Both the position numbers and the translations under genes were made by a program. Positions 40,204 to 48,705 of a DNA stretch of 64,000 bases are shown here, piece by piece; position 1 is the stretch's first letter, and each line of letters begins with the position of its first letter. Below the pieces are notes generated by a model. It was not told the DNA's origin, did not search any database, and worked only from the letters and a program-made list of their open reading frames with translations. This DNA is from an uncultured Pseudomonadota bacterium. Lineage in GTDB: Bacteria > Vulcanimicrobiota > Vulcanimicrobiia > Eremiobacterales > Eremiobacteraceae. The stretch is taken from the NCBI GenBank assembly GCA_963736005.1, contig CAVTNB010000001.1:1024001-1088000 (forward strand), in the 5' to 3' direction.

Positions 40204-42075
40204 TTAGACGTAGTTGGCAAGAACGAGCGTGACTGCTCTTTGCACACCGGCCCGCTCGAGCGTGAGCTGCACGAGCGTGCCTGGTGCATCGTGCAAGATC
40301 GTGCGCAGCAAAAGTAGACCGACGCTTGCGGCTGGAGCCTTATTGACCTCTACGATCAGATCGCCGGCTTTGATCCCAACACGTGCGGCCGGCGTGCCAG
40401 GGAGCGCGTCGATCACCCGAATCCCGGCCTTAGTCTGCACGAGCACGAGACCGGAGCGATCGTAGGTGTCCGGCCGATCGTAGGACTCATTCGGTTTGAG
40501 ATACATGATTTGGGGACGGTAGGCAAAAGTTACGGTGAATCGCTTGAGCATGCCGCTGCCGATGTTGCCTGCGGTCCCCGGTTCGGTGGTCGCGCCGGCA
40601 GTGTCTTGGGAGAGGGTCGCGACGACACTCTTGACGGGCACTGGGCCAATGTTGAAAAGGGGCAACCGGATCAGCGCTCCATACGATGGCCCACCTAAGC
40701 CGTAGCCCGTAATCCCTCGCACGCTTGCGAGCGGGAGGTTGTGCGCGACGACAAACGGCGTGTAGACGACCAGGGAGTTGCGATCGCCCGTATCGATAAT
40801 GAAGCTGCCAGCAAGCTCCCCAGAGCTTGCTGCAAGCGATGCAAAACTGCCCTGCACCTGGGGAATCGTTTGGTCGTACACAAACGAAAGAGCGGATCCG
40901 AGATTGCCCGGGCTCATCGCTCGTGCCAACGTGAGCCGGCTACTTTGGTAATCGACCGTCGTGATGAAGCGTCGCAACACCTCGAAGCCGACGATGCCTT
41001 GGATTTTGACACCTTCAATAGCTTGCATGACGTGGTCGATGGCAAGCACGGCACACGATTGATGCTTAAGCGTCGCACCGCCAAGCTGCAAGGTGTCAAC
41101 CCAGGTGAAACCCGCCGTGACTCGATTCGCACCGGCACCCATTCCTTGCAATGAACCAGCTCCAACTCTCCCGACGCGTGCAGCGACCTGCGGCGTGATG
41201 ACGCATTGACCGCCGGTATCAAAAACCACGAGGAAAGGACCCTGGCCGTTGATTTTGACGTGGACGTAAATGTGATTGTTGATAAGCTTAAAGGGAACCG
41301 TTGTTGCATTCCCACCTGCAATCGAGGCATCGGTTATCGTCGTCACCGGGATCGTAAACCCGCCCGCTACGTTTTCGTTAAGTTCGACACGCGTCACCGT
41401 CGTATGAATCTCGTTGCCTTGGGAGGCCAGCGTTATTGCAAAAGGCAGGGCTGTGCCGCCGACGGCTCGGTAATCGGAAAACGTCGCGGTGGAATTGCGA
41501 CCGTTCGGTATGTGAACGACTTCGTTTGCAATGAGGTACGTCTTCCGGTTGAACGAAATGTCCACAGGGAACCCATTTTTGGGTTCGGCATGGATCACGT
41601 AGTAGGATCCATTCGCATCTGCGGAGAGTCCGACGTAGGAGAGACTGCCCGGCCAGCGGTTCGGATACAAAAACGAGTACGAGGTGAGGTACGCCTGGGT
41701 TGCTGCAGCGTGCAGCGAGGTGTAGTCGCCGACCGGCCACGAATCGCCCGTAGCGTCCTGCGCCCACAACGTCTTACCGTCGAATCCACCCGCGTTCGAG
41801 ATCGGCCCTAGCGATTGCCGCTGGAGCGAATTGCCGTTTTGCAGATCGTCGTACTGCTGGCCGGTACCCGAGATGCCTCCCACGACCAAACGCTGGGTCC
41901 AGTGGATGGAGCGTACGCCATCAAGCGCATCGCCCCCCAGGGCAGCTTTGGCACCGGCTAGGACGCGGGCAACCGCCCCATTCGGCATTGCGTTCGCTGC
42001 TGCGAAATGAGGTGCGAGAAAGAATCCGACAAGTGCGAGGCAGAGAATGCCTGCCGTTGATCGATGTCTCATCAC
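40204..42075 (-). CDS. secreted protein with two retropepsin-like aspartyl protease domains and a C-terminal PDZ domain
   Basis: Signal peptide, VFDTGG and IIDTGD, GIVGFEVLRRF, GNIGSGMLKRF, PGTPAARVGIKAGDLI. Confidence 0.85.
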   Translation of the reverse strand: MMRHRSTAGILCLALVGFFLAPHFAAANAMPNGAVARVLAGAKAALGGDALDGVRSIHWTQRLVVGGISGTGQQYDDLQNGNSLQRQSLGPISNAGGFDGKTLWAQDATGDSWPVGDYTSLHAAATQAYLTSYSFLYPNRWPGSLSYVGLSADANGSYYVIHAEPKNGFPVDISFNRKTYLIANEVVHIPNGRNSTATFSDYRAVGGTALPFAITLASQGNEIHTTVTRVELNENVAGGFTIPVTTITDASIAGGNATTVPFKLINNHIYVHVKINGQGPFLVVFDTGGQCVITPQVAARVGRVGAGSLQGMGAGANRVTAGFTWVDTLQLGGATLKHQSCAVLAIDHVMQAIEGVKIQGIVGFEVLRRFITTVDYQSSRLTLARAMSPGNLGSALSFVYDQTIPQVQGSFASLAASSGELAGSFIIDTGDRNSLVVYTPFVVAHNLPLASVRGITGYGLGGPSYGALIRLPLFNIGPVPVKSVVATLSQDTAGATTEPGTAGNIGSGMLKRFTVTFAYRPQIMYLKPNESYDRPDTYDRSGLVLVQTKAGIRVIDALPGTPAARVGIKAGDLIVEVNKAPAASVGLLLLRTILHDAPGTLVQLTLERAGVQRAVTLVLANYV

Positions 42076-42101
42076 GTTCTCCTACAAAATGGCAACGTGG
42101 T

Positions 42102-42162
42102 GGGCGATTTTCCAATCGCCCCCTACATCCATGGTACCGTGGTGGGCGGTTTCCAATCGCCC
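42102..42162. repeat. tandem pair of REP class A palindromes
   Basis: GGGCGATTTTCCAATCGCCCCCTAC and GGGCGGTTTCCAATCGCCC, both preceded by CGTGGT. Confidence 0.8.
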
Positions 42163-42170
42163 GTTATCGT

Positions 42171-43043
42171 TTAAGCGTAGGCGTCCTGGAGCGAAGCCAA
42201 GCTGGGATCGATCGTCTCGATCGGCAGCAGCGCAATGGGAGGGCTCTCCTGACGCAGAGTCAGGTCTTCGAGCGTGGGGCGCGTTTCGCGGTAAAAAATG
42301 CCAAGCGGAATTTTGCCGGGCTGCATGAGGGTTGCGAACGCTTTCGCCCGATCGCGGACGTCGTAATCGGCAATGTCTTCCACGTGGTAGACGTTTTCTT
42401 TGAACCACTTATATGTGTTAACTTTGTTGAAAGTCACGCACGGCGACATTACTTCTACGAGCCCAAAGCCTGGATGGCGGACAGCCTCTTTGATCATCTC
42501 CGTCATCTGCTTTGGTTCCGAAGAGAAGCCGCGCGCAATGAACGTGCCTCCTGCTGCGAGCGCGATGGCCAGTCCATTGATCGGCGCATCGGGATTGCCT
42601 TGCGGGTGCGGACCAGCCACGAAGCCGAGCATGCTGGTGGGAGACGATTGTCCCTTCGTCAACCCGTAGGTCTGATTATCCATGACGATGTACGTCATGT
42701 TCGGGTTACGCCTGACCGCGTGGAGAAAATGCCCGGCCCCGATCGCGTAGCCATCGCCGTCGCCCCCTGCGACGATGACGGTGAGATCCTTGTTCGCAAG
42801 CTTGACGGCAGTTGCCGTGGGCAATGCACGACCGTGGACCCCATGAAAGGCGTATGAATGCAGGTAGCCTGAAATCTTTCCGGAGCAGCCAATGCCAGAG
42901 ATGAAGGCGACATTGCGAGGTTCGAGGGCGAGATCGGCGCACGCTTGCTTCAATGCGGCCAACACGCCAAAATCACCGCAGCCGGCACACCACCAGGATG
43001 GGGTAGCGGTCGCGAAGTCTTTCGGACTCAGAACGGTTGCCAT
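42171..43043 (-). CDS. korB: 2-oxoacid:ferredoxin oxidoreductase beta subunit (TPP-binding)
   Basis: WCAGCGD, SGIGCS, HGRALP, GDGD, YGLTKGQ.SPT, SPCVTF. Confidence 0.9.
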   Translation of the reverse strand: MATVLSPKDFATATPSWWCAGCGDFGVLAALKQACADLALEPRNVAFISGIGCSGKISGYLHSYAFHGVHGRALPTATAVKLANKDLTVIVAGGDGDGYAIGAGHFLHAVRRNPNMTYIVMDNQTYGLTKGQSSPTSMLGFVAGPHPQGNPDAPINGLAIALAAGGTFIARGFSSEPKQMTEMIKEAVRHPGFGLVEVMSPCVTFNKVNTYKWFKENVYHVEDIADYDVRDRAKAFATLMQPGKIPLGIFYRETRPTLEDLTLRQESPPIALLPIETIDPSLASLQDAYA

Positions 43044-43056
43044 TTATTTTTCCTTT

Positions 43057-43078
43057 TGTCGCGAATGAATTCGCGACA
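43057..43078. repeat. REP class B variant (TGTCGCGAATGAATTCGCGACA)
   Basis: Palindrome between korA and korB. Confidence 0.7.
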
Positions 43079-43083
43079 CGATC

Positions 43084-44910
43084 TTATCTAGCGGCTATGC
43101 CGGCGGGCAATCTCATCTCGCGGTTGACGGCGTCGATGATCTCGATCGGACGGAACGGGCGACCATTGTACTTGCGCACGGAATGCATGTGGGGCAGTGG
43201 ACCCGTGACGTAGCGAATCAACCGCTCGAGCTGACCGCTGATATTGTTCTCGATGATAAAGATGTGCGCTGCGCCGGCGATAAAATTACGCACTTCGTCT
43301 TCGGGGAACGGCCACAGTGTACGGAGTTGCAGGAACCTCGTGGGCATGCCTGAGGCGGCCAGTCGTTCCTGTGCTTCTGAGATGGGACCTCGGTTCGCAC
43401 CAAATCCGATGAAGGCGATGGCGGCTTTCGGATCACCGAAGCTATTGGCTTTGGGGAGATCTGGGCGCATGGAGACGAGCTTATGCATACGCTTTTCCAT
43501 CATGCGCGCGCGATTGGTCGCATCTTCTGTGATCACGCCCTCTTCGTTGTGCTCGGAGCCCGGAGAGAGATGCATGCCGCCTTCGACACCTGGAACGACG
43601 CGCGGCGAGACGCCGTCATCGGTGAACGCGAAGCGCTTGTATTCGCCAAAAGTCACGCCCCCGTTGCGCACGAGTTTGCCCCTATCTACGGCAAGACCGT
43701 CCAACTCCAAGCGCGGAATCGACTCTTTGCTTTGGCACAGCGCTTGCTCGGTCAGCACAAAGACGGGCAACTGATACTTTTCAGCGATATTGAACGCCGT
43801 GACCGTGAGGTAAAACGATTCTTCAACCGTACCTGGTACGATGACGACCTTGGGGATCTCGCCATGGCCCGAGAAGATAATATGGTTGAGGTTGCTCTGC
43901 TCGGTTTTCGTGGGCATGCCCGTTGAGGGGCCCGCTCGCGCGCACTCGATGACGACGATTGGGGTCTCGACCACACCTGCCAGGCCGATCCCCTCCGTCA
44001 TCAATGCTTGACCAGGACCAGAGGTTGCCGTCATTGCCCTCACGCCGGCATAAGCCGCGCCGATGGTCATGTTGATGGCGGCCAGCTCGTCTTCTGCTTG
44101 CACGACGATTCCGCCGTAACGAGGCGCATGCTTGGCCATCCACTCCAAAACGTCCGTGGCGGGGGTAATCGGGTAGCCTGCCATAAAGCGGCAGCCAGCG
44201 ACGAGGGCGCCGTAACCGATGGCGTCGTTGCCCATCATGAGAAGCCGGTCGCCGTCTTTGCGTGCATGCAGCCCATAGCCCGATGGCCGGTTGAAATTAT
44301 CTTTGACGAAGCGCTCGCCGGCTTCGATCGCACCAATATTTTGTCCGACGACTTTTTCGCCTTTGCGCTCGTACTGCTTCGTGACCACTTCCCGCACGAT
44401 TGCCGGGTCCATGCCGATGAGCTGGGCCAGCACGCCGAGCGAGATGGTGTTGCGCACGAGCTCTAGACCCAGCTGCTGCTTGGCGATGTTCGCGAGCGGT
44501 ACTTCATAGAAGTAGATGTCGTCTCGCCGGACTGCATCGGTGAGCTTCTCGGACGAGTTGTCGAAGACGACAAAGCCGCCGGGGCGCATTTCACTAATGT
44601 GTTTTTCAACGCACTCGAGATCAAACGCGACGATGGCATCGACCATATCGGCCAGGCCCCAGTGGCGGTGCTCGGTGGCTCGAATCACGTAGTTCGTGTG
44701 GCCGCCTCGGATCCGCGACGGGAAATCCTTGAACGTGTACAGCTCAAGCCCCATGCGCTTGAAGACGGTCGCTATGAGATCGCCCGTGGTCAAACTGCCG
44801 TCCCCGGCTTGGCCGCCGAAGAGAACCTCGATGTTGTTTGTGATCACTATAACTGGGTTATCGGCCTTTTGTGTCAGATTGGCGGCTGGGAGCGCGCGAA
44901 CTCTTGACAT
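43084..44910 (-). CDS. korA: 2-oxoacid:ferredoxin oxidoreductase alpha subunit (gamma-alpha fusion)
   Basis: GGQAGDG, SRIRGG, GYPITPA, QAEDELAA, TATSGPG, RAGPSTGMPTKTEQ; exact start uncertain. Confidence 0.9.
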   Translation of the reverse strand: MSRVRALPAANLTQKADNPVIVITNNIEVLFGGQAGDGSLTTGDLIATVFKRMGLELYTFKDFPSRIRGGHTNYVIRATEHRHWGLADMVDAIVAFDLECVEKHISEMRPGGFVVFDNSSEKLTDAVRRDDIYFYEVPLANIAKQQLGLELVRNTISLGVLAQLIGMDPAIVREVVTKQYERKGEKVVGQNIGAIEAGERFVKDNFNRPSGYGLHARKDGDRLLMMGNDAIGYGALVAGCRFMAGYPITPATDVLEWMAKHAPRYGGIVVQAEDELAAINMTIGAAYAGVRAMTATSGPGQALMTEGIGLAGVVETPIVVIECARAGPSTGMPTKTEQSNLNHIIFSGHGEIPKVVIVPGTVEESFYLTVTAFNIAEKYQLPVFVLTEQALCQSKESIPRLELDGLAVDRGKLVRNGGVTFGEYKRFAFTDDGVSPRVVPGVEGGMHLSPGSEHNEEGVITEDATNRARMMEKRMHKLVSMRPDLPKANSFGDPKAAIAFIGFGANRGPISEAQERLAASGMPTRFLQLRTLWPFPEDEVRNFIAGAAHIFIIENNISGQLERLIRYVTGPLPHMHSVRKYNGRPFRPIEIIDAVNREMRLPAGIAAR

Positions 44911-45047
44911 GTGTCCATTGCGCGCTCGCCGACATATTAGGTTTCCAAGCCGCGCAGCGGCTTCCTGCGGGCGTTTGCGGCGGCCAGCTACAACGGACGC
45001 TGCTTGCGAAGGCGCGCGTGGAGCAATCAACGTAGAGGACTAGGGCA

Positions 45048-45869
45048 ATGAGTCAAAACCGCCAAGAACCTGACTTTAACACCCTCGCTGTCGACTATGC
45101 GAAGTTTCGCACATCGTACTCCGAAGAATTGTTCGACACCATTCTTGAGTATGCGCGCGTGCCGCTCGGGGGACGCGTCTTGGACCTCGCTTGCGGCACC
45201 GGTTTGGGAATGCTTGCGTACCTGCGTCGCGGATTCTCGGTCTGCGGCGTCGATGTTGCCGAAGGTATGATCGAAGAAGCACGCAAGAGCTTGCCAAGCG
45301 ACGCCGGCGTCGAATTTCGCATCGGACCGGCTGAGGAACTGCCGCTCCAGGACGCCTCCTTCGATCTCGTGTCATGCGCACAAGCGTTTCACTGGTTTGA
45401 GCCGCATCGCGCGTTCGCAGAGTGCGCCCGCGTGCTAAAGCCAGGCGGCGCACTCGCCATTTTTTGGAAGCATGCCGCCCGAGGTGATGTGCTGACCGAG
45501 GCATGCGAGCGCATCGTCTGTGATTGGCTGGGCGAGGAGGCGATGCGCCAGACTCGCGATCATGCAGACGAACACGAATCGGGCTGGAGCGTATTTTGGC
45601 AATACGTTGCGCCTCGTACAGACCCAACGGGTGAGCGGTTGTTGTGCGATGGTGAAAAGAGAGTGGTCGAGTTCTTTTTCCCCCGCACTCCAGACGAGTT
45701 TGTTGGATACCAACGCTCGCGCGAAAAGATTCGCAAGGTCCTTGGGGTGAGACGGGAAGAGTTTCTAGAGGAGCTCGATCGCCGTTTGCGTGCCCGTGGA
45801 GACATGAACGAGCCAGTTCAGCAGCGGCAGATTCAGTACGTTTTTCTCGCGCGCAAACCTAAAAAGTAG
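45048..45869 (+). CDS. class I SAM-dependent methyltransferase
   Basis: VLDLACGTG, GPAEELP, FDLVSCAQAFHWF, RVLKPGG. Confidence 0.9.
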   Translation: MSQNRQEPDFNTLAVDYAKFRTSYSEELFDTILEYARVPLGGRVLDLACGTGLGMLAYLRRGFSVCGVDVAEGMIEEARKSLPSDAGVEFRIGPAEELPLQDASFDLVSCAQAFHWFEPHRAFAECARVLKPGGALAIFWKHAARGDVLTEACERIVCDWLGEEAMRQTRDHADEHESGWSVFWQYVAPRTDPTGERLLCDGEKRVVEFFFPRTPDEFVGYQRSREKIRKVLGVRREEFLEELDRRLRARGDMNEPVQQRQIQYVFLARKPKK

Positions 45870-45890
45870 TCTCGCAAATTTATTCGCGAG
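45866..45890. repeat. REP class B (GTAGTCTCGCAAATTTATTCGCGAG)
   Basis: The GTAG tag overlaps the methyltransferase TAG stop. Confidence 0.75.
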
Positions 45891-45895
45891 TCAAA

Positions 45896-46297
45896 CTACG
45901 CGCGGGGCATTGCGAAACCGATTTGCCGACGATGCTGCTCTTCTTCTATGAATTCGGCAATCCGTTTCTCGCCCTTTGGCTCGACGTCAAGGAAGCTCAA
46001 ACCGCAGAGCCACTGAAAGCCACGCTCGTCCTTCATTGCGTGCACGACGATGGCTGTTAAGTGGTAATGGTCAGCGACGCCGATGCTAAACTCCAGGGTG
46101 ACCATGTCCCCGGGCCGCAGGCGCTGCGCGAGCGTGATGCGCGCGCCTCCGCCGCTCAACTGGTTGAGCATGACCGAGCGAACCTCGCCTTTGGCAAGCA
46201 TGATTCTTGCCGGCTCGCTCATCAAAATGCGCTGCCAGCGCCGGACATAGTTCCGAGGCTGACTGGTGGAGAACATTTTCCGCAAGGAATTCAACAT
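45896..46297 (-). CDS. single-domain PilZ protein
   Basis: RRWQR and QLSGGGA motifs, beta-barrel pattern, CGLSF. Confidence 0.75.
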   Translation of the reverse strand: MLNSLRKMFSTSQPRNYVRRWQRILMSEPARIMLAKGEVRSVMLNQLSGGGARITLAQRLRPGDMVTLEFSIGVADHYHLTAIVVHAMKDERGFQWLCGLSFLDVEPKGEKRIAEFIEEEQHRRQIGFAMPRA

Positions 46298-46362
46298 CCT
46301 GAATTCTCTCTGCCGGCGATCACGCTTTGCCTACCTTCGTTGACAGTGGGACCAGCGGCAAA

Positions 46363-46378
46363 CGTGATTTGTGTCACG
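46363..46378. promoter_or_regulatory. CRP/FNR-like site (CGTGA-N6-TCACG)
   Basis: Palindrome close to TGTGA-N6-TCACA, upstream of the 45896..46297 PilZ gene; minus-strand TATAAT at 46439-46444. Confidence 0.45.
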
Positions 46379-46493
46379 CGCTGACTGTGATGGGCGGTGT
46401 GCATGTGCGCGCGTTTCATATGCAAAGTCATGGAAATAATTATACTCGATCGCGGTCGAGCGTGCTTGAGGACCCAATGAGAAAATCTGGGTT

Positions 46494-46913
46494 TTAGGAC
46501 CCGGCCTCGTGCGACGCCTGGTCGGCGGTTTGAGTCGCCCTGCGGCGGGATTGCTCGGCAGCGATGTAGGTGGCGATCCATTGGGTCTCGTGCGCGCGCA
46601 GCCCGAGAAAACAAAGACCGCACGCGAAATAGTAGCCCGAGTTTTCCTTTAACGAATAGACGATGCGGGCGATGATGCTTTGGCGCCCGCCTGCGCCATG
46701 ATCGAATTCCAGCTCGATGTTGTCGCCGGCCCGCAGAGGCATGGTTGTTTGAACTCGTGCGCCCCCGACCGAAAGCTGATTGACGATGACGGGCTGATCG
46801 CTGCCATCTGGCAGCCTGACCTGCGCTGGTTCAGCGATGGCGATGCGCGGCCAGCGCCGAGAATAGCGATCGGGCGGCCTCTTGAGGAGTAATCGTTTCA
46901 ACGTGTCAAGCAA
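46494..46913 (-). CDS. single-domain PilZ protein (paralog of 45896..46297)
   Basis: RRWPR and QLSVGGA motifs, CGLCF. Confidence 0.75.
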   Translation of the reverse strand: MLDTLKRLLLKRPPDRYSRRWPRIAIAEPAQVRLPDGSDQPVIVNQLSVGGARVQTTMPLRAGDNIELEFDHGAGGRQSIIARIVYSLKENSGYYFACGLCFLGLRAHETQWIATYIAAEQSRRRATQTADQASHEAGS

Positions 46914-47096
46914 TGCGCAATAGCCCCGTTGACGAAAAGACCCGTTGGCGAAGCGCTTTGTGTCATGACGGACGTCATATGAGCGAAGGCGCTAGCGCCT
47001 ATGGTCGCCTTGCAAGGCGCAGACAGGGCGACGAGCCTTGTAATGGAAGCGGCCAGACGTACGTCTTATCGGCGTGAGTAGCTGGTTTGCATCCAC

Positions 47097-47687
47097 ATGA
47101 CAAAGCCGGAAAGAGTCCTGGCTCTCGCCGGTATCGGCGTCATCGCAAGTGCGGTTCTGTTGGTCACCTACGTGACCCACTCGAACGCCGATTCCCAGCC
47201 GAGCGGCTGCGGCGCGCAGCGAGCGAAGCTCGAGCAGACGCTCGATCAAGTCCGATTCGCCATGTCTGCCCAACATGCGGTCTCGAGCGCGCTCGAGTAT
47301 TCGGATCAATCACGGCTGGCTTACTATAATGACATTGCCGCGATGCGCCGACAGCTCGCCGGTTCGAACCATAGCTCAGTTCAGCACGATCTCGTGCAGG
47401 CTTCGGTTCTTCTGAGCGACCAAGAAGCACCCATCTCACAGGCGCACGCGATCACCGCGCAAGCCAAGCATGAATTGCAGGGCGCTTTGCCGCTGGTCAA
47501 CGAAGCCGCGCAGGATCTGCAAGAAGGCGATTGCAGCGCGTTAACCCTCACCATGGAGCGCTCGGGCTGGCCCAAGGACCATCTCCTCGGTCAGTTGGCG
47601 TCCGCCGCGCGCCTCAACAGCGTCGTGAGCGAGCAACTCGACTCAGCGCTCGCACTGATCACGCACGCGCAGCATTTCGTTCGCTAA
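47097..47687 (+). CDS. hypothetical membrane-anchored or secreted helical protein
   Basis: N-terminal hydrophobic segment, Ala/Gln/Leu-rich helical body, two Cys; fills the gap before a REP. Confidence 0.6.
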   Translation: MTKPERVLALAGIGVIASAVLLVTYVTHSNADSQPSGCGAQRAKLEQTLDQVRFAMSAQHAVSSALEYSDQSRLAYYNDIAAMRRQLAGSNHSSVQHDLVQASVLLSDQEAPISQAHAITAQAKHELQGALPLVNEAAQDLQEGDCSALTLTMERSGWPKDHLLGQLASAARLNSVVSEQLDSALALITHAQHFVR

Positions 47688-47699
47688 ACGGATACCGAA

Positions 47700-47753
47700 C
47701 GCGCGAATAAATTCGCGCGACTACAGTCGATGGCGGCGCGCCATCGCCCCTAC
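47700..47753. repeat. REP class B (47700-47724) plus a second GTAG-tagged hairpin (47728-47753)
   Basis: CGCGCGAATAAATTCGCGCGACTAC and CGATGGCGGCGCGCCATCGCCCCTAC. Confidence 0.8.
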
Positions 47754-48679
47754 GTGATGCGATGGGCGGCCGCGGTTTGCGCGATACCGTCCGCGTAGCT
47801 TGTCTTGCGGATCGGTCCGAGAACCAAGGCGAGCTTGCTATCGTCGAGGATGACTGGGTCGCTCTGCAGATACTGCATTTCAACGAGTTCGCGCATCACG
47901 GGGTTGAAGAGGCCGACGACCCGCAACATCGTCGTCGTGACGACACGCAACTTGAGCTGCTGTCCGAATTGCTTGTAGATACGCGTGGCAAACTCGCGCG
48001 TCGTGGTCGTTCCTGGCCCTGCCACGTTGTACGCCGTTCCGTAGACATCATCTCTTGCAGACAAGTCGAGGACCACAGGACCGACATCGTGCGTATACAG
48101 CCATTCGTGAGGCCGGTCGATGGGCGCAAAAACGGGTGCGGGCTTGCCGTCGCGCGCGGCTTTGAAGATCTCATTCGCGACGCTGTTTTCCGCGTCGGCC
48201 GAGTAAAAGTCGGGAAGGCGCAGAACGAGCGTTCCAAGTGCGGAGGAATTGGCAGCCAGCGCAAGGTCCTCTTGCTGCTTGCGCATGCGTCCTTTATAGG
48301 TTTGCGGATTGCGAGAGTGCGTCTCATTAACCAGCGTTGCGGTCGGCTTGCCGTAGCTGTAGACGTTTGAGATCACAATGAGTTTGCGGACGTTTTGCGC
48401 GCGCGCAGCGTCAACGGTCCGCTGCATGAGGAGTGGATGCAGCTCGAAGTGGTTATAGGGAACTCCGACAGCATGGACGATCGTATCCAACCCAGCAGCC
48501 GCGCGACTCGCGTCAGCTGGGTCGGTGAGGTCGGCGGCGACCTGCTCGTGAGCAGAACCAAAAGCCGATTGCAGCGCTGCTGCGCGCCTCCCCACGACTC
48601 GTACAGGCACGCCCCGTCGTTGTGCTTGCGCTGCGACTGCCTTTCCAATGGCGCCAGCAGCTCCGAATATTCCGAGCAT
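47750..48679 (-). CDS. NAD-dependent epimerase/dehydratase (atypical SDR)
   Basis: IFGAAGAIG, SNVYSYG, KGRMR, RLPDFY. Confidence 0.85.
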   Translation of the reverse strand: MLGIFGAAGAIGKAVAAQAQRRGVPVRVVGRRAAALQSAFGSAHEQVAADLTDPADASRAAAGLDTIVHAVGVPYNHFELHPLLMQRTVDAARAQNVRKLIVISNVYSYGKPTATLVNETHSRNPQTYKGRMRKQQEDLALAANSSALGTLVLRLPDFYSADAENSVANEIFKAARDGKPAPVFAPIDRPHEWLYTHDVGPVVLDLSARDDVYGTAYNVAGPGTTTTREFATRIYKQFGQQLKLRVVTTTMLRVVGLFNPVMRELVEMQYLQSDPVILDDSKLALVLGPIRKTSYADGIAQTAAAHRIT

Positions 48680-48705
48680 CGCCCGCTACGCTTTGGGTGG
48701 TGGGA

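Noticed and set aside
42096..42162. Tandem repeat that could be a mini-CRISPR
   Set aside because: Only two imperfect copies with a ~16-nt spacer; the same unit is dispersed singly elsewhere; no cas genes. It is a REP doublet.
46298..46493. c-di-GMP riboswitch upstream of a PilZ gene
   Set aside because: I could not find the GEMM two-hairpin pattern by eye; an Infernal/Rfam scan would be decisive
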